From Amoebidium appalachense (lineage: Eukaryota > Protista > Ichthyosporea): a DNA stretch of 64,000 nucleotides. The position numbers and the translations under genes were made by a program. The stretch lies in assembly GCA_963693365.1 (NCBI GenBank), contig CAVNZM010000002.1, positions 17,207,615 to 17,271,614 of the forward strand, in the 5' to 3' direction. Positions within the stretch are counted from its first letter, which is position 1. Every line of letters starts with the position of its first letter. The notes beneath the pieces were generated by a model. That model did not search any database. It saw nothing but the letters and a program-made list of their open reading frames with translations, and was not told the DNA's origin. Positions 1-27,290 of this stretch are shown piece after piece.

Positions 1-2096
1 AGCGAGATGTATGTACATATAGACAAGTGGATTTCCATAAATTGAAGAAGTGAAAGATGGTGACACGGTGCAGAGTCGTCCTGTGGTCACAATTATCATG
101 GAAGCAAGACTGCCGGTCAGTGTGTGTGTGTGTGTGTGTTCAGCGTGTGTGTGTGTGTGTGACTTGTGTGTGTGGCTGTGTGTGTGCTCGGGGTTGTGTG
201 TGTTAACGTTCAAGGCATGTGACACTGTGTGTAACAGTGTGTTCAGGGTGACGCTGTGTTTGTGTGTGTTAGGGGTGTGTGTGTTTAATGCTGTGCTCGG
301 ACTGCCTGGCCAGGCTGTTACATGTGGGTGTACCCCGTGACACGGTGTGTGTACCACAGTGCATGTGTTGTTAGCATGGCCCGTATACCCGCATGATGTT
401 TGTGTGCGCCAGAGAGAGGAATCCGATCGGGAAGGAGGGCCAAGAAGCTCAAGAAAGAGCCACGCAGGGGAAGGGGAGACGGCCTGCAAAGACCCGGGGG
501 GTCGACCGAGAGCTAGAAGGCATTTTTAAATCTGAAACGGGGGGATGGGCAGTACTAAGTATTGAGGTCCCCCCTGGTGGTGGGTCCCCCCTCCCCCTGG
601 GGGGGGGAGGGACCCACCTGCTCGAGGGTGTGGTCCCCCCCCCCCCAAGCTGACCACAGGGGTGGTGGGTCTGCCCCCCCCCCCCCCCCCCCCCCCCCCG
701 CGATGGGGAATCCAACGGAACCCTCCGCGCCGGCCGCGGCTGCGTACTCTCTCAAGAGCGGCTCGTCCCCCCCCCCCCCCCCCCCCCCCCTCCCCCCCTT
801 CTCATCCACCACCATCCCCAACATTAAGTTTGTACTAAGTCTTCTTCCCTTCCTTTTAACCAAGGCTTCGAATTTTTGACAAAGTTAGGGCAAATCTATC
901 ATGCACAACATGTCACTGGGAGTGTGCATCTGCAATTTTTGTGCGGTGTAGAAGTGGGACCATGTGTGTATGTGAGCTTATGTGTCCTTAAGATGGGCAG
1001 GCACTCGGCACTGCTGATCACTGTGGTGGCCTGACAGTGTGCAAGTAAACGTCGTGCCACATTTGCAAGCTGTGTGGACGCAACGCGCTTAGCATGTGCA
1101 AAATTACATGGCCTTTCACGTCTGTGCTAGAGAAGAGGGTGTGTGCACACGTGTGGGTGTCACTGTACATGTGTGTCTCAGTGCGTGTTTGCCTGTGTGT
1201 GCGTTTGTGTGCATATGTGTGCGTGTGTTGTGTGTGTGTGTCAGTGATTGAGAAAGCTCCCAAATTTTCTGGCACTAAATCTGCGCGCGCGCGCAGGCGC
1301 CTTCCGTGGTATGTGTGTCTGGATTGCCATTATATCACGATGTGTGTGCGTGAACGTTAACGGTTGTTCAATTGCGAATGATGAGCATGCATGATGGCGC
1401 ACGAATGGATGAAATTGCGTCAGACAAATAACCGGGGGGGGGGGGGGGGGGGAGGAGGGGGGGAGGGGGGGAAAGGAGGGGGGAGGGGGGGGGGGGGATA
1501 GTTAAAGAGCGAAAAAGTCATATTTGGGTAGCCCGCTCGTCCCCCCCCTTCCCCCCCCCCCACCCCCCCCTGGAGGTGGTGGGTCCTCCCCCCCCCCCCC
1601 CCCTTCCCCAGCCAGCGGAGGGGTGGTGGCCCCCCCCCCCCCCCCAAACTTACTACTATCCCCCTCCTCGTTTCAATATCAAAAAGGCCGAACGTTGGAG
1701 GGGGAAGCGACACCTGTGGAGACATGTCTTCTGTGGCTTTATGATCTCCGTACACACACATGATAATAGTAGAAAAGGTTCAAGACAGGCTATTACGCTG
1801 TCAGACAAGCAAAATTTAGCCGCCGCCGGCTGAAATTGCTATGGCATGTGAGCTCGGCCTGAAATACTTCCATGTATGGAAGTATATACATGTAAGTATC
1901 TCAGTGCACGTGTGACGTCATTTCAGATTGAACAGTCCCGGACTCCGTCAGTAGTCTGACGGGGTACGTAGTCTGTTTTGAGCCATTAGTCGTTAAAGCA
2001 TGCCCACAGCCTCTATGCGCGTGCCAGACTTAGGGCCCACGGGTGGGGGCCGGGGTGGGGGGTGGGGGGTGGGGTGGGGGTGCTGTGTGTGTGTGT

Positions 2097-2133
<37 letters not shown>

Positions 2134-2589
2134 CTCCCTCGGATCGACCTGGGGGGGCCTTTTCCCGCCCCCCGGGGGCCGGATGTCCCGGTTTAATCAG
2201 GTGGACCCCTCGATATCAGTCATGGTTACTATGAAGATGAATACTATAGTTCTCATCGGGTCCTTCATATCCGCTGAAACATAGGGCCAAATAGCCACAA
2301 CCGCAGGACTGGGCCGGGAATCGGATAAAATCTAATCTAATACGCCGATTGGATCCGCAATTCCACTTTAAAACAAGTGAGCCGTTTGATTGGATCCGCA
2401 ATTCCGCTTTAAAAATTTTGGTTGTGACTATTCGGTTAGATGGCACTAGTTTTACATGTTAATGGCCAATGTTGCTTTTTTATCCCAGGCTACTGGCCAC
2501 TACCTGCAATTTGAAAAGTCCCCCCCCCCCCCCCCCCCCCCCCCCCTACTCAGACCCCAACCACATCTGACAAAACTGACTTATTCCTC

Positions 2590-2974
2590 AAAAAGCGGAT
2601 TTATTCTGCAAAAAGCGGCTTTATTCTGCAAAAAGCAAAATTAATTTATTCCGCAAAAGGCGGATTTATTCTGCAAAAAGCTGATTTATTCTGCAAAACA
2701 CAAATTTATTCTGCAAAAAGCAAATTTTTTCTGCAAAAAGCAGATATATTCCGCAAATGCAGAATTATTCTGCCAGCTCGAGAAAGCAGAATTATCCTTC
2801 AAAAGCAGAATTATTCTGCTTTGAGCAGAATCACTCCTTTTACAGCAGAATTATTCTGTTTTTAGCAGAATTATTCCGTAAAAATCAGAATTATTCTGCT
2901 TTCGACAGCAGAATAATCCTGCCTTAGCAGCTTAATTCTGCTGTTTGCAGAATAATTGCCTTGCTCACCCCCCC

Positions 2975-3030
<56 letters not shown>

Positions 3031-3770
3031 AAACAAACAAAAAAAAAACAAAAAAACAAAAAAAACTCCGGCCGCCATCATTTCCCGGCCACGCAACCCA
3101 GCAACACTCCCTCCACTGCACCCAGGCAACCCACTGCAACTTCATTTCAATACGGCAATAGTTGGTCAGTGTCCTCGAACTTTGAGGGGAGACAGTGTGT
3201 GCGTGAGTGCAAGTGCCAATTCGTGTGATGGTACGTGTGCCTGCCGAATTGATTACCTCTAGCACTGTAAGAGTGAGCACGCGAGCATTGTGTTGTTCAA
3301 ACAGTGTAAAAATGTGTGGGGCAACCAGTTCTGCACGTGTGTGTGTGTGTGTGGCACGTACTGTGCGTGTACATGTGTGTGTGCTATGTGACATACCACT
3401 TAGAGACGGTGTGTGTGTGCTTGTGGGGGTCCAACACTTCGGCAGAGTTAACTCCCACTAAAATTGTACTGCAAAAAAAGCGAAATTATTCTGCAGAGAG
3501 CAGAATTATTTTTGAAAAACTTTGAACTATTCTGTCTCTGCAAAAGCAGAAGTATTCTGCGAAAGAAGAATTATCATGCAAAGGTAGAATTATTCTGGAA
3601 AAAGAATGATTATTCTTATCCGAGCAAATTTACCACGCTGCCGCGAGCAGAGTATTTCTGCTATTTGCGGAATAATTCTTCTAAGCGTAGACGGATTCTG
3701 TTAAAAGCAGAATTACTCAGTTCAAAGGAGAAATAACCCTGCTTCTCGCAAAGAATTCTGCTCGGAGAAA
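2590..3770. repeat. Degenerate ~19-20 bp minisatellite of a palindromic unit (AAAA-GCAGAATTATTCTGC), in two blocks (about 2590-2960 and 3471-3770)
   Basis: Successive units read directly, e.g. aaaagcggatttattctgc, aaatgcagaattattctgc, aaaagcagaattattctgc, ttttagcagaattattccgt. The blocks are separated by about 500 bp of unrelated sequence starting with poly(C)-poly(A). Confidence 0.85.
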
Positions 3771-3795
3771 GTTGGCTTTGCCGAAGTGGTTGGGG

Positions 3796-3862
<67 letters not shown>

Positions 3863-3867
3863 ATGTG

Positions 3868-4078
<211 letters not shown>

Positions 4079-4108
4079 GTGTCTACAGCAGGCGGGCCAT
4101 ATTATTAA

Positions 4109-6404
<2,296 letters not shown>

Positions 6405-6602
6405 TAATAGTAGTACTATGTGGGGGGCCCCAGGGAAAATCTGGGGGCGTTGGCCATGGGCAGGTAGGAGGGATCCGGAAGGCTTGGAGTGGGAAGAGGA
6501 GGAGGAGGGGCACAACAATTTTTCCCGTTTACAGTAAAGTTATTGTTTTCAAGTTGGGCCGGCGAATCATGGAGGCCCCGGGTGGCGGGGGGAGGCCCCG
6601 GG

Positions 6603-6662
<60 letters not shown>

Positions 6663-6755
6663 GTCTTATGTATGTCTTATGTATGATGGCCCATGCATCG
6701 ATCCACCTGCACTGGATTATTTGATACTACGTATACATTACACCCAAAGTGTTCC

Positions 6756-7014
6756 TGGTACTCCACGTGCACATGCACAATAAACACGTGTACGTACGTC
6801 GTACATATGTGTCACAGTGTGTACATGTGTGTGTACATGCGTGTGTGTGTGCGTGGGGGGGGGGGGGGGGGGGGGGGGAAGGGGGGGAGGGAGGGGCATG
6901 GGAGGGTGATCATGAGGGAGGGGGGAGTGGGGGCCGGAGGATCTCTCTGATCTCTCTGTCTCTACATAGAGGAGGGAAGGGGAGGGGGGGGGGGGGGGGG
7001 GGGGGGGGAGGGGG

Positions 7015-7055
<41 letters not shown>

Positions 7056-7148
7056 CGAGCGGGGCGGGAGAGAGAGACTCGGAGGGGGGAAAGGTGCGGG
7101 GTGATCTTTCTCCTCCGACTCAGGCCTCCGGACCAGCGCCCCACGTCC

Positions 7149-7187
<39 letters not shown>

Positions 7188-7319
7188 GGCCCTCCCCCCC
7201 AACACGTGCACATGTGCACACACCTGTAAGACGTACGTATTGTACGTATTGTACGTACCGTACTATCTACGGATCATCGCCGTGTACCATGGACATGTGC
7301 ATGTGCACGTGGAGTACCA
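6756..7319. repeat. Foldback/MITE-like element with a perfect 24-bp inverted repeat
   Basis: TGGTACTCCACGTGCACATGCACA at 6756-6779 has its reverse complement at 7296-7319, with weaker similarity extending outward. The interior has poly(G) tracts followed by a poly(C) tract. Confidence 0.65.
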
Positions 7320-8568
7320 AAAACATTATGAGCGCTTTGAGTGTATGTCAAATAAAAAATAAAACATGCATGTGTGTGCCGTATGAAAATAGAGTCCCGG
7401 AAGTGCGTTCGAAGGATGCAGAGTGAACAAAGTATAGCCCTGGTAGGTTCTATCATCTTTTTATTTTCAGTAAAGATGTTCAGCTTTATGATAGTTCTCG
7501 TAACTTGCCAGACTAGTAGTCTTGTCCGGAAGGGCCCACCGGATCGGAATTTGTGGCCGACGTGACTCGGCCGGAGCAAGGCGTTAGGCCGCAGGCAACC
7601 CTTTATATATACCAATCAAAACTGTCCAAATGAGCAGAATGGCATTCCTTCGCTGGCGCCAAATTCCACGGCTGCAAATGGAAGGTGCTCAGGTTCCCCC
7701 CAAACCCCACAAATAAGGCCGGCTCAGGCCCGGCTGCCTTTTTCCGAGGTTGGTTTCCGGGCCAGCCGGGGGCCCGGGGTTGCCAGGCTCAGATGGGCTA
7801 AGATCAGGATCACCGAGTCAGATGCCATAGGAGCCGAGCCATACAGATTCTGCCAAAATGCCATGAATAGGCAGTTTGTGGTGAAAAAATTACTAAGCAT
7901 TTAAAGTAACATCTGGGCAAAACTGCAATGGCGACATGATTTTGGCTACGTGATCGTGGGGACTTTGCAGTTCATGCTCGATCGGACATGCATGCAGTGC
8001 GTACGTAAAGTTTCGGACGCATGACTCTCACCTTTTGTACTTTCCACGGAAATTTCCACACTCCCGCGAGCTGTAACAAATGGAAGAAATAGGTGCAGCC
8101 TTTATTTTCCAAGGGTGCAGAGTCACCGCAAGTACTAGCGTCGTAGAGGTTACATGTACAGTCCACTTTAGTCCGTCAGGTGTTTTCCAGGAGTTTATCG
8201 GGACTCGGTGCTCATGAAAGCAACCAATCGAAAGCGTGCATTGCCTCAGTGAGTCAGGCCAATCACCGCTAGCCCCTGCACAGCTCGAGGCTGAGCTCTG
8301 GCAAGTCCTGATCCCTGTGCATACAAAACTAAACAGCCGCCATAGCATTACATTCTCAATATAAGCATCTTTATAGGTCATAATAAATTGTACGATGACA
8401 GAGATCAAGCATTTGATCTAGCCAGAACTGCTATGCCGTGAAAGGTCAGCCTTCCGATGTTTGCAGAGTTCATACCGGTTTGGCCATTGGCCTTTAATCA
8501 TGCGATATTCTTGGCGATGGAATCCTTTTAGAAGAACGTAAACGGATTGGACTGGACCGCACCCTCCC

Positions 8569-8783
8569 CAGGCTGTGAAATATGACCACAGAGTTGTCCC
8601 TCAAAAATTGAAAAAGTGCCATTAACTTTTCAGTTTAGACCCACCATTCACAAAAGTGGCTATAATGAAACGAAAAAAAAAACGGAAGAAACACCTTCCA
8701 AAACGACTGGTGGCTCAATTATTGCCACCCAGGCAGAGGGAGTAGGTAAAATGGCACCGGCAAAAATCGAGTTTCACACCCTG
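8569..8783. mobile_element. MITE with CAGGGTGTGAAA-type TIRs (copy 1)
   Basis: CAGGCTGTGAAA ... TTTCACACCCTG (11/12 inverted match). Internal blocks (ccacagagttgtccct, cttccaaaacg, ccaggcag, aaatggc) are shared in order with 35942-36178. No TSD is visible. Confidence 0.55.
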
Positions 8784-10426
8784 CACCGAATGATCCAGTG
8801 AGAGCTACAACGCACAACATGGCATATTCTCATTACAAACAGTCCTCCCCGTGTGACTGTAGGCCTACATGCGAAGAAAAAAAACTGAGACGCGACGAGA
8901 AATCAAGGTGAGACCGTTGAATTCACAAAACCCGGTGGCAAACCAGTGCTGATAATATCACCATCATCATGCATATATGGTCACGAACTGTCGACATGTC
9001 AGCCTCAAGCGAGCGCTATCACAAACGTTTTATTTTCCATGCCTGATACAGTACTGTAGCAGTGTAGCGAAGAAGTTCTGCATATTTTATCAGTTTGACC
9101 TCCTGCTCAGTGCTCAGACTCCTGCTCCCATCCGTGATTGTGTGGCACCGAGAAATGCCATTCTGCTCAACAGGTTGTAAGACTTGTCATGACAGAAAAT
9201 GATTTCTCCGTCGGTGATATAGTAGCTATGGTGAATGAATCAACGGGCATATATAGTGTCGTAATGAAGAACGTTGGTATGCTTTCAGTGGGTGACCCAC
9301 ATAACTCAACCCAGCGTGTTCGCCCATATGCATGCTGTACACTTGCAATATATATTATGCACATATGTGGGCACATGATTGCATATCACCAATACGGCAC
9401 AACGCTACCTTGAATTCCGCAGCTGCGAAAGCTCGCATACGACTGAGGGAGTGGCCAATGGTAGAACGCCGGCCTGCCACATTATTCGCCAATCAATAGT
9501 GGGCATGGAGAAAACAAGTGATCGTTGGTCTATGGGTACTTTTCAAGTACTTTACTCTGGCTAAGGTGTTATTCACAAAGATAATAAACTCTCATTCAAT
9601 CATTTGATAACCAACTATTTATTTGCCTGTGTCGCGTTGCATTCCTTGATTTGTCGTTGTCACGGTACGTGCAGCATATATCGTAGCGTACTGGTGTGGC
9701 GACGGTCGTGTAAGAATTCACCGGCGTAGCCTGGTTTTTTGTGTATTGTTGAAAATGCCAGGCGGCGAATTTGCAGTAATTTGTAAATCTAGAATATATG
9801 TTCGTAACCTTTGTCTACAAAATATCTGGAGGTTCCTGCCTCTTCTTCTCCTTGGTTTTTTTTTTTTTTGGATGGGGGGGAGGGGGGAGGGGGGATATTT
9901 AAATTAATTCCTCAGAAAAATGCCAGTTGTGTTCTACGACTAATTCAAATAGTAGATTACCTATAAGAATTAAATACTCGTCAAGGCCTCTCATACCGTG
10001 CTTCAAATTTGGAAAGCTATACCAGGTCGTCCAAATGCATGGCTCCATTAATGTCACTGATGTTTTACCAAGACCGGGTGCCAAGAACTTTTATCACGCA
10101 AATCCCACATCATCAACAAGTGCTTACGAGCGAGGAATCGGTGCATTATGCCTATTATTTCCTGTGACTTATATTAAAGTATGGTGGCGAAGGCAGAGAA
10201 TCGGTTTGGCAAACATAAGTGGATATATTTACTAATCTCACGGCTTTTGATTGGGCAGTCGTTTGGGCCAATCATAACGACCTAGAGCCTAGCACACGCA
10301 CTCATATAAAAACACACAACCACCTGGAAAGGCTGACATATTCACTGCTTGAGTCCATGTGCAACCGACATATATGTAACAACAAAAGTGTCCTGCCAGT
10401 CACGGGACTAACATTAATAACACATT

Positions 10427-11314
10427 ATGGCCCACGCTGCCAAGTGGCCTGCCATGACTGGCCTCAAGAATACACACAGGGCCCACCCTTACCACACAAC
10501 ACACCGAAAACCTGTAGCCCCAGTTGAGTGTGCGAGTCCCAGCACGTTTGAACCTTGCGTAGCTGCAGACATAGTGGAATCTGCGTCCGAGGCCTTCTAC
10601 CTCACGCTAACAGGCAGACCATGGCAGCCGGAGAGCAGCCACTGCCACAGTCTGCGCGTGTTTGTCAACACCCTCGTGTCTGAGACCTACTGCTGCGAGG
10701 CTGTGCTTGTTTATGCCCTCGCCTACGTCACGCGCATAGTAAACGGGCCCCAGTATGTGGCCTTTACTGTGCGGCCCACAGACAAGGAGCTGTTTCTTGT
10801 GGCTCTTATGGTAGCCTGCAAGTTCCTGTACGATGCCCCGGCCACAAATAGGGCCTGGGCCGACACAGCGTCAGTCAGCCTTACACACCTATCGACGCTT
10901 GAGAGGGAGTTCCTAGGCACGCTGGACTACCGTGTTGCTGTGAGCCAGCACGAATACAGCACCTTGTCTGCCTTCCTTCACGACCTGAGCGAGCTAAGAC
11001 AACCGCCCTTTGGGCCACACACCCCACTTCAAAAGTCTTTCCAGAGCTCGTTCTTCTCCTTTGCCCTGCCCACACCAAGCTGCTCCCCCTGCCCTTCACA
11101 GAGAGTTGCCTCTTCAAGTTGGGAGTCTCTTGACTCCCCACACAGTGTGTATTCTTCAAGTACTATGCCTTTCACAGACCCATTGTGGCCGGCATCGGCA
11201 GACGACCTGTGCCAGCTGGTGTGCCAAGACTCGCTGTTGCTGGATCTGCTGCTGGCCGAAACAACCAGTCAGTGGGACCAGTGCACGTATGCGTATGATA
11301 TTAGCTTAGTATAG
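10427..11314 (+). CDS. Pho80/PCL (cyclin P/U, CNPPD1-like) family cyclin, 295 aa, intronless
   Basis: Cyclin-box motifs VLVYALAYVTRI, LFLVALMVACKFLYD...NRAWA and LSTLEREFLGTLDYRVAV, followed by a Ser-rich C-terminal tail. Confidence 0.88.
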   Translation: MAHAAKWPAMTGLKNTHRAHPYHTTHRKPVAPVECASPSTFEPCVAADIVESASEAFYLTLTGRPWQPESSHCHSLRVFVNTLVSETYCCEAVLVYALAYVTRIVNGPQYVAFTVRPTDKELFLVALMVACKFLYDAPATNRAWADTASVSLTHLSTLEREFLGTLDYRVAVSQHEYSTLSAFLHDLSELRQPPFGPHTPLQKSFQSSFFSFALPTPSCSPCPSQRVASSSWESLDSPHSVYSSSTMPFTDPLWPASADDLCQLVCQDSLLLDLLLAETTSQWDQCTYAYDISLV

Positions 11315-12430
11315 TGGCCTTGCCTATTTAGTTAAAGCTCTTCTTAGCCACTCCTATTGGGGCTATTGTATATAACTTCCAAGGCTGGCCCGTGGCCACC
11401 TCCTTCCGAATGCCGCTGTAATTTTTGGAGCCTGATGCTCTAAAGCTATGTGTATGAATGAACGAAAAATAAACACGTCTGATTTTTCTCTTATCAACCA
11501 CCATTATGCAACTTTGAAGCGTCTTCGATCCGCGGAAGTTCATCGCCCCTTGCTGTTATAGCATGCGCTCACAACTTGAGGTATGTGGAAACAAAAAAGC
11601 GGGCAAAGGAGTGGTGCCGAAGCTTCGGCTTTATCACAATGATATGCATCAGGATGGCAGGCACAACATGCATAACCAAGGAAGAACTCTACATGCCATG
11701 GAAAATAACAGCAATCACACAGGCCAGTGCACCGGTTACACAAGGCCACGCACACCTTTACATACTGTATGCACATATGACGACTCTCACACACGAATCT
11801 CCATTCGAAATGTTGTGGGTGCCACGAATTTTCAGAGGGCCGTGCACGAAGTCACGCGAGCTGCACAGGCTGATCAGTGATCATCAGCTGATTGTGTAAG
11901 TGGAATACGGTGTTCCATAATTCCTGGTAGTCTTCATCACCAGAATAAGAGCTACAGTGACGTAGGGCTACCTTTCGTTTCTGATAGGAGTCAAAACAGA
12001 CGTAAGTGCATTTTGTTTTTTTTTGTACTCTCGAGACTCTCGACTGTCTCTCGGTTCATAGGTGGGCCTTGCGAATGTAGACTAATGAGACTGTCAAGCT
12101 CCCCAGTGAGTGACGACTGACGAGCCGACGAACCACGGGTGGCCCTTGAAAAAAAACTTATAAGCCGCCTCAACTTAGCTACAATAACGTAGATGATACT
12201 CGCACAACGAGCAGATAGGGCACATGTTACGTAAGGAAACAACAGGAGCGTCATATGTTCACTGTGTGAGCGAGTCGAAGACTTCAGGCCGTGCTACTTC
12301 CGCAACTCTTGTTAGGGCTAGTCCAGGCAGCAAAAACATTGCTATATTTGCGTAGCAGGAGAAGCCCTTTACGTTAGTTCTTGGCACCGAGAAAAGGACA
12401 TTGCCCCAAGTAAACGAGCATACTTGCACC

Positions 12431-21961
<9,531 letters not shown>

Positions 21962-21962
21962 T

Positions 21963-22028
<66 letters not shown>

Positions 22029-23145
22029 ACAGTGTGTGTAATGCATGGAAATGTATGTCTTTTGGTCATCGATAGAGACAGGCTCGATTCTTGCAAGCTC
22101 ATGAGTAGGGCATGTATATAAGTATTGGGGGGGGGGGGGGGGGGAGAGAGAAGGGTGGGGAGTGGGAGGGGAGAGGGGGGGGGGGGGGGAGGGGGTAATA
22201 AGTTTTTTTTTTTTCAACTAAGAAAGTAGGAATATGAACAAGCTATCATGGAATGACTTACTAATGGAAAAAATATTAATCTGAATGCACCTTACCACCA
22301 CCGTTTCCTGATAAAATGGACGCGAATAGGATTGACAATACCGTCTTATGCAACTTGAATAAACAAATTTTAAATCCATAAGTAAACCACGCTGCAGCTG
22401 AGCCCATCCCCGAGTCCCCCCCCCCCCCCCCCCCCCGCCCCTTCAACATCCATATTTTTTGTGCTATTGTTGTCTATCGTGGATGTGGTACAGTGCTAGT
22501 AGCTTAATAAACATACTCCGTGACGTGCACAGATGTACTGCAGCTGTGTGCATTGCATGATCTAGAGTGCAGAAGCAAGGAAACGAATGGATACATGATG
22601 AGGACAAGGCCGCCGGGCCCAACTCTCTCCACATTGGTATATCCACACGTGATAACCGAGTCTCACACTTTGTTTTAGGCCACATTTGCTTGGAAAGTGC
22701 GGGCAACACCGTTGCGTCCATGTGCCTTGCGACTGACTTTTATTATTTGTGGGTGAGTGCCAGGGTCCAAAACACTGGCACTTCCTTAAAGCAAGCATTA
22801 AATACCCAACCGATTTCCTTATACAGCACATGTACATGTGGCCAAGCTCAGGAGAGGCGTGTGCGTAAAGCAAACCCACCCATTATCAAAACTATGCAAT
22901 TAGCTACATACATTCACTGTTTAAAACCCGTTCATCGCACACGTCCCTCTGAGCATGCAACAGACTTTGCATTGCAAGGAAACCCATTCAGTTACGCAGT
23001 GGCCTAACAAGATTCACACAACTAAAGCACATCAGAACTCCTGTGCACACATGCACCGTGTAAGCCAAGAGCACATAATTCGGTTTACGACATTCCATAT
23101 CATCACATACTATCTCTCATCACATTCCATTACCATATACGGCGT

Positions 23146-27290
<4,145 letters not shown>

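Noticed and set aside
1-530. Possible exons at the window start (IEEVKDGDTVQSRPVVTIIMEARLP; RERNPIGKEGQE)
   Set aside because: There is an in-frame stop just upstream and no recognisable homology, so support is insufficient.
1942-1972. Helitron 3' end (hairpin ccgtcag-tagt-ctgacgg followed by cgtagt)
   Set aside because: The terminus is not CTRR, and no matching 5' end or second copy is present.
2590-3770. CRISPR-like array of palindromic repeats
   Set aside because: Linkers are only 4-5 nt of A/T, the units are degenerate, there are no cas genes and the context is eukaryotic.
7972-8408. Overlapping minus-strand ORFs with a coding-like look
   Set aside because: No recognisable motif or splice-consistent model.
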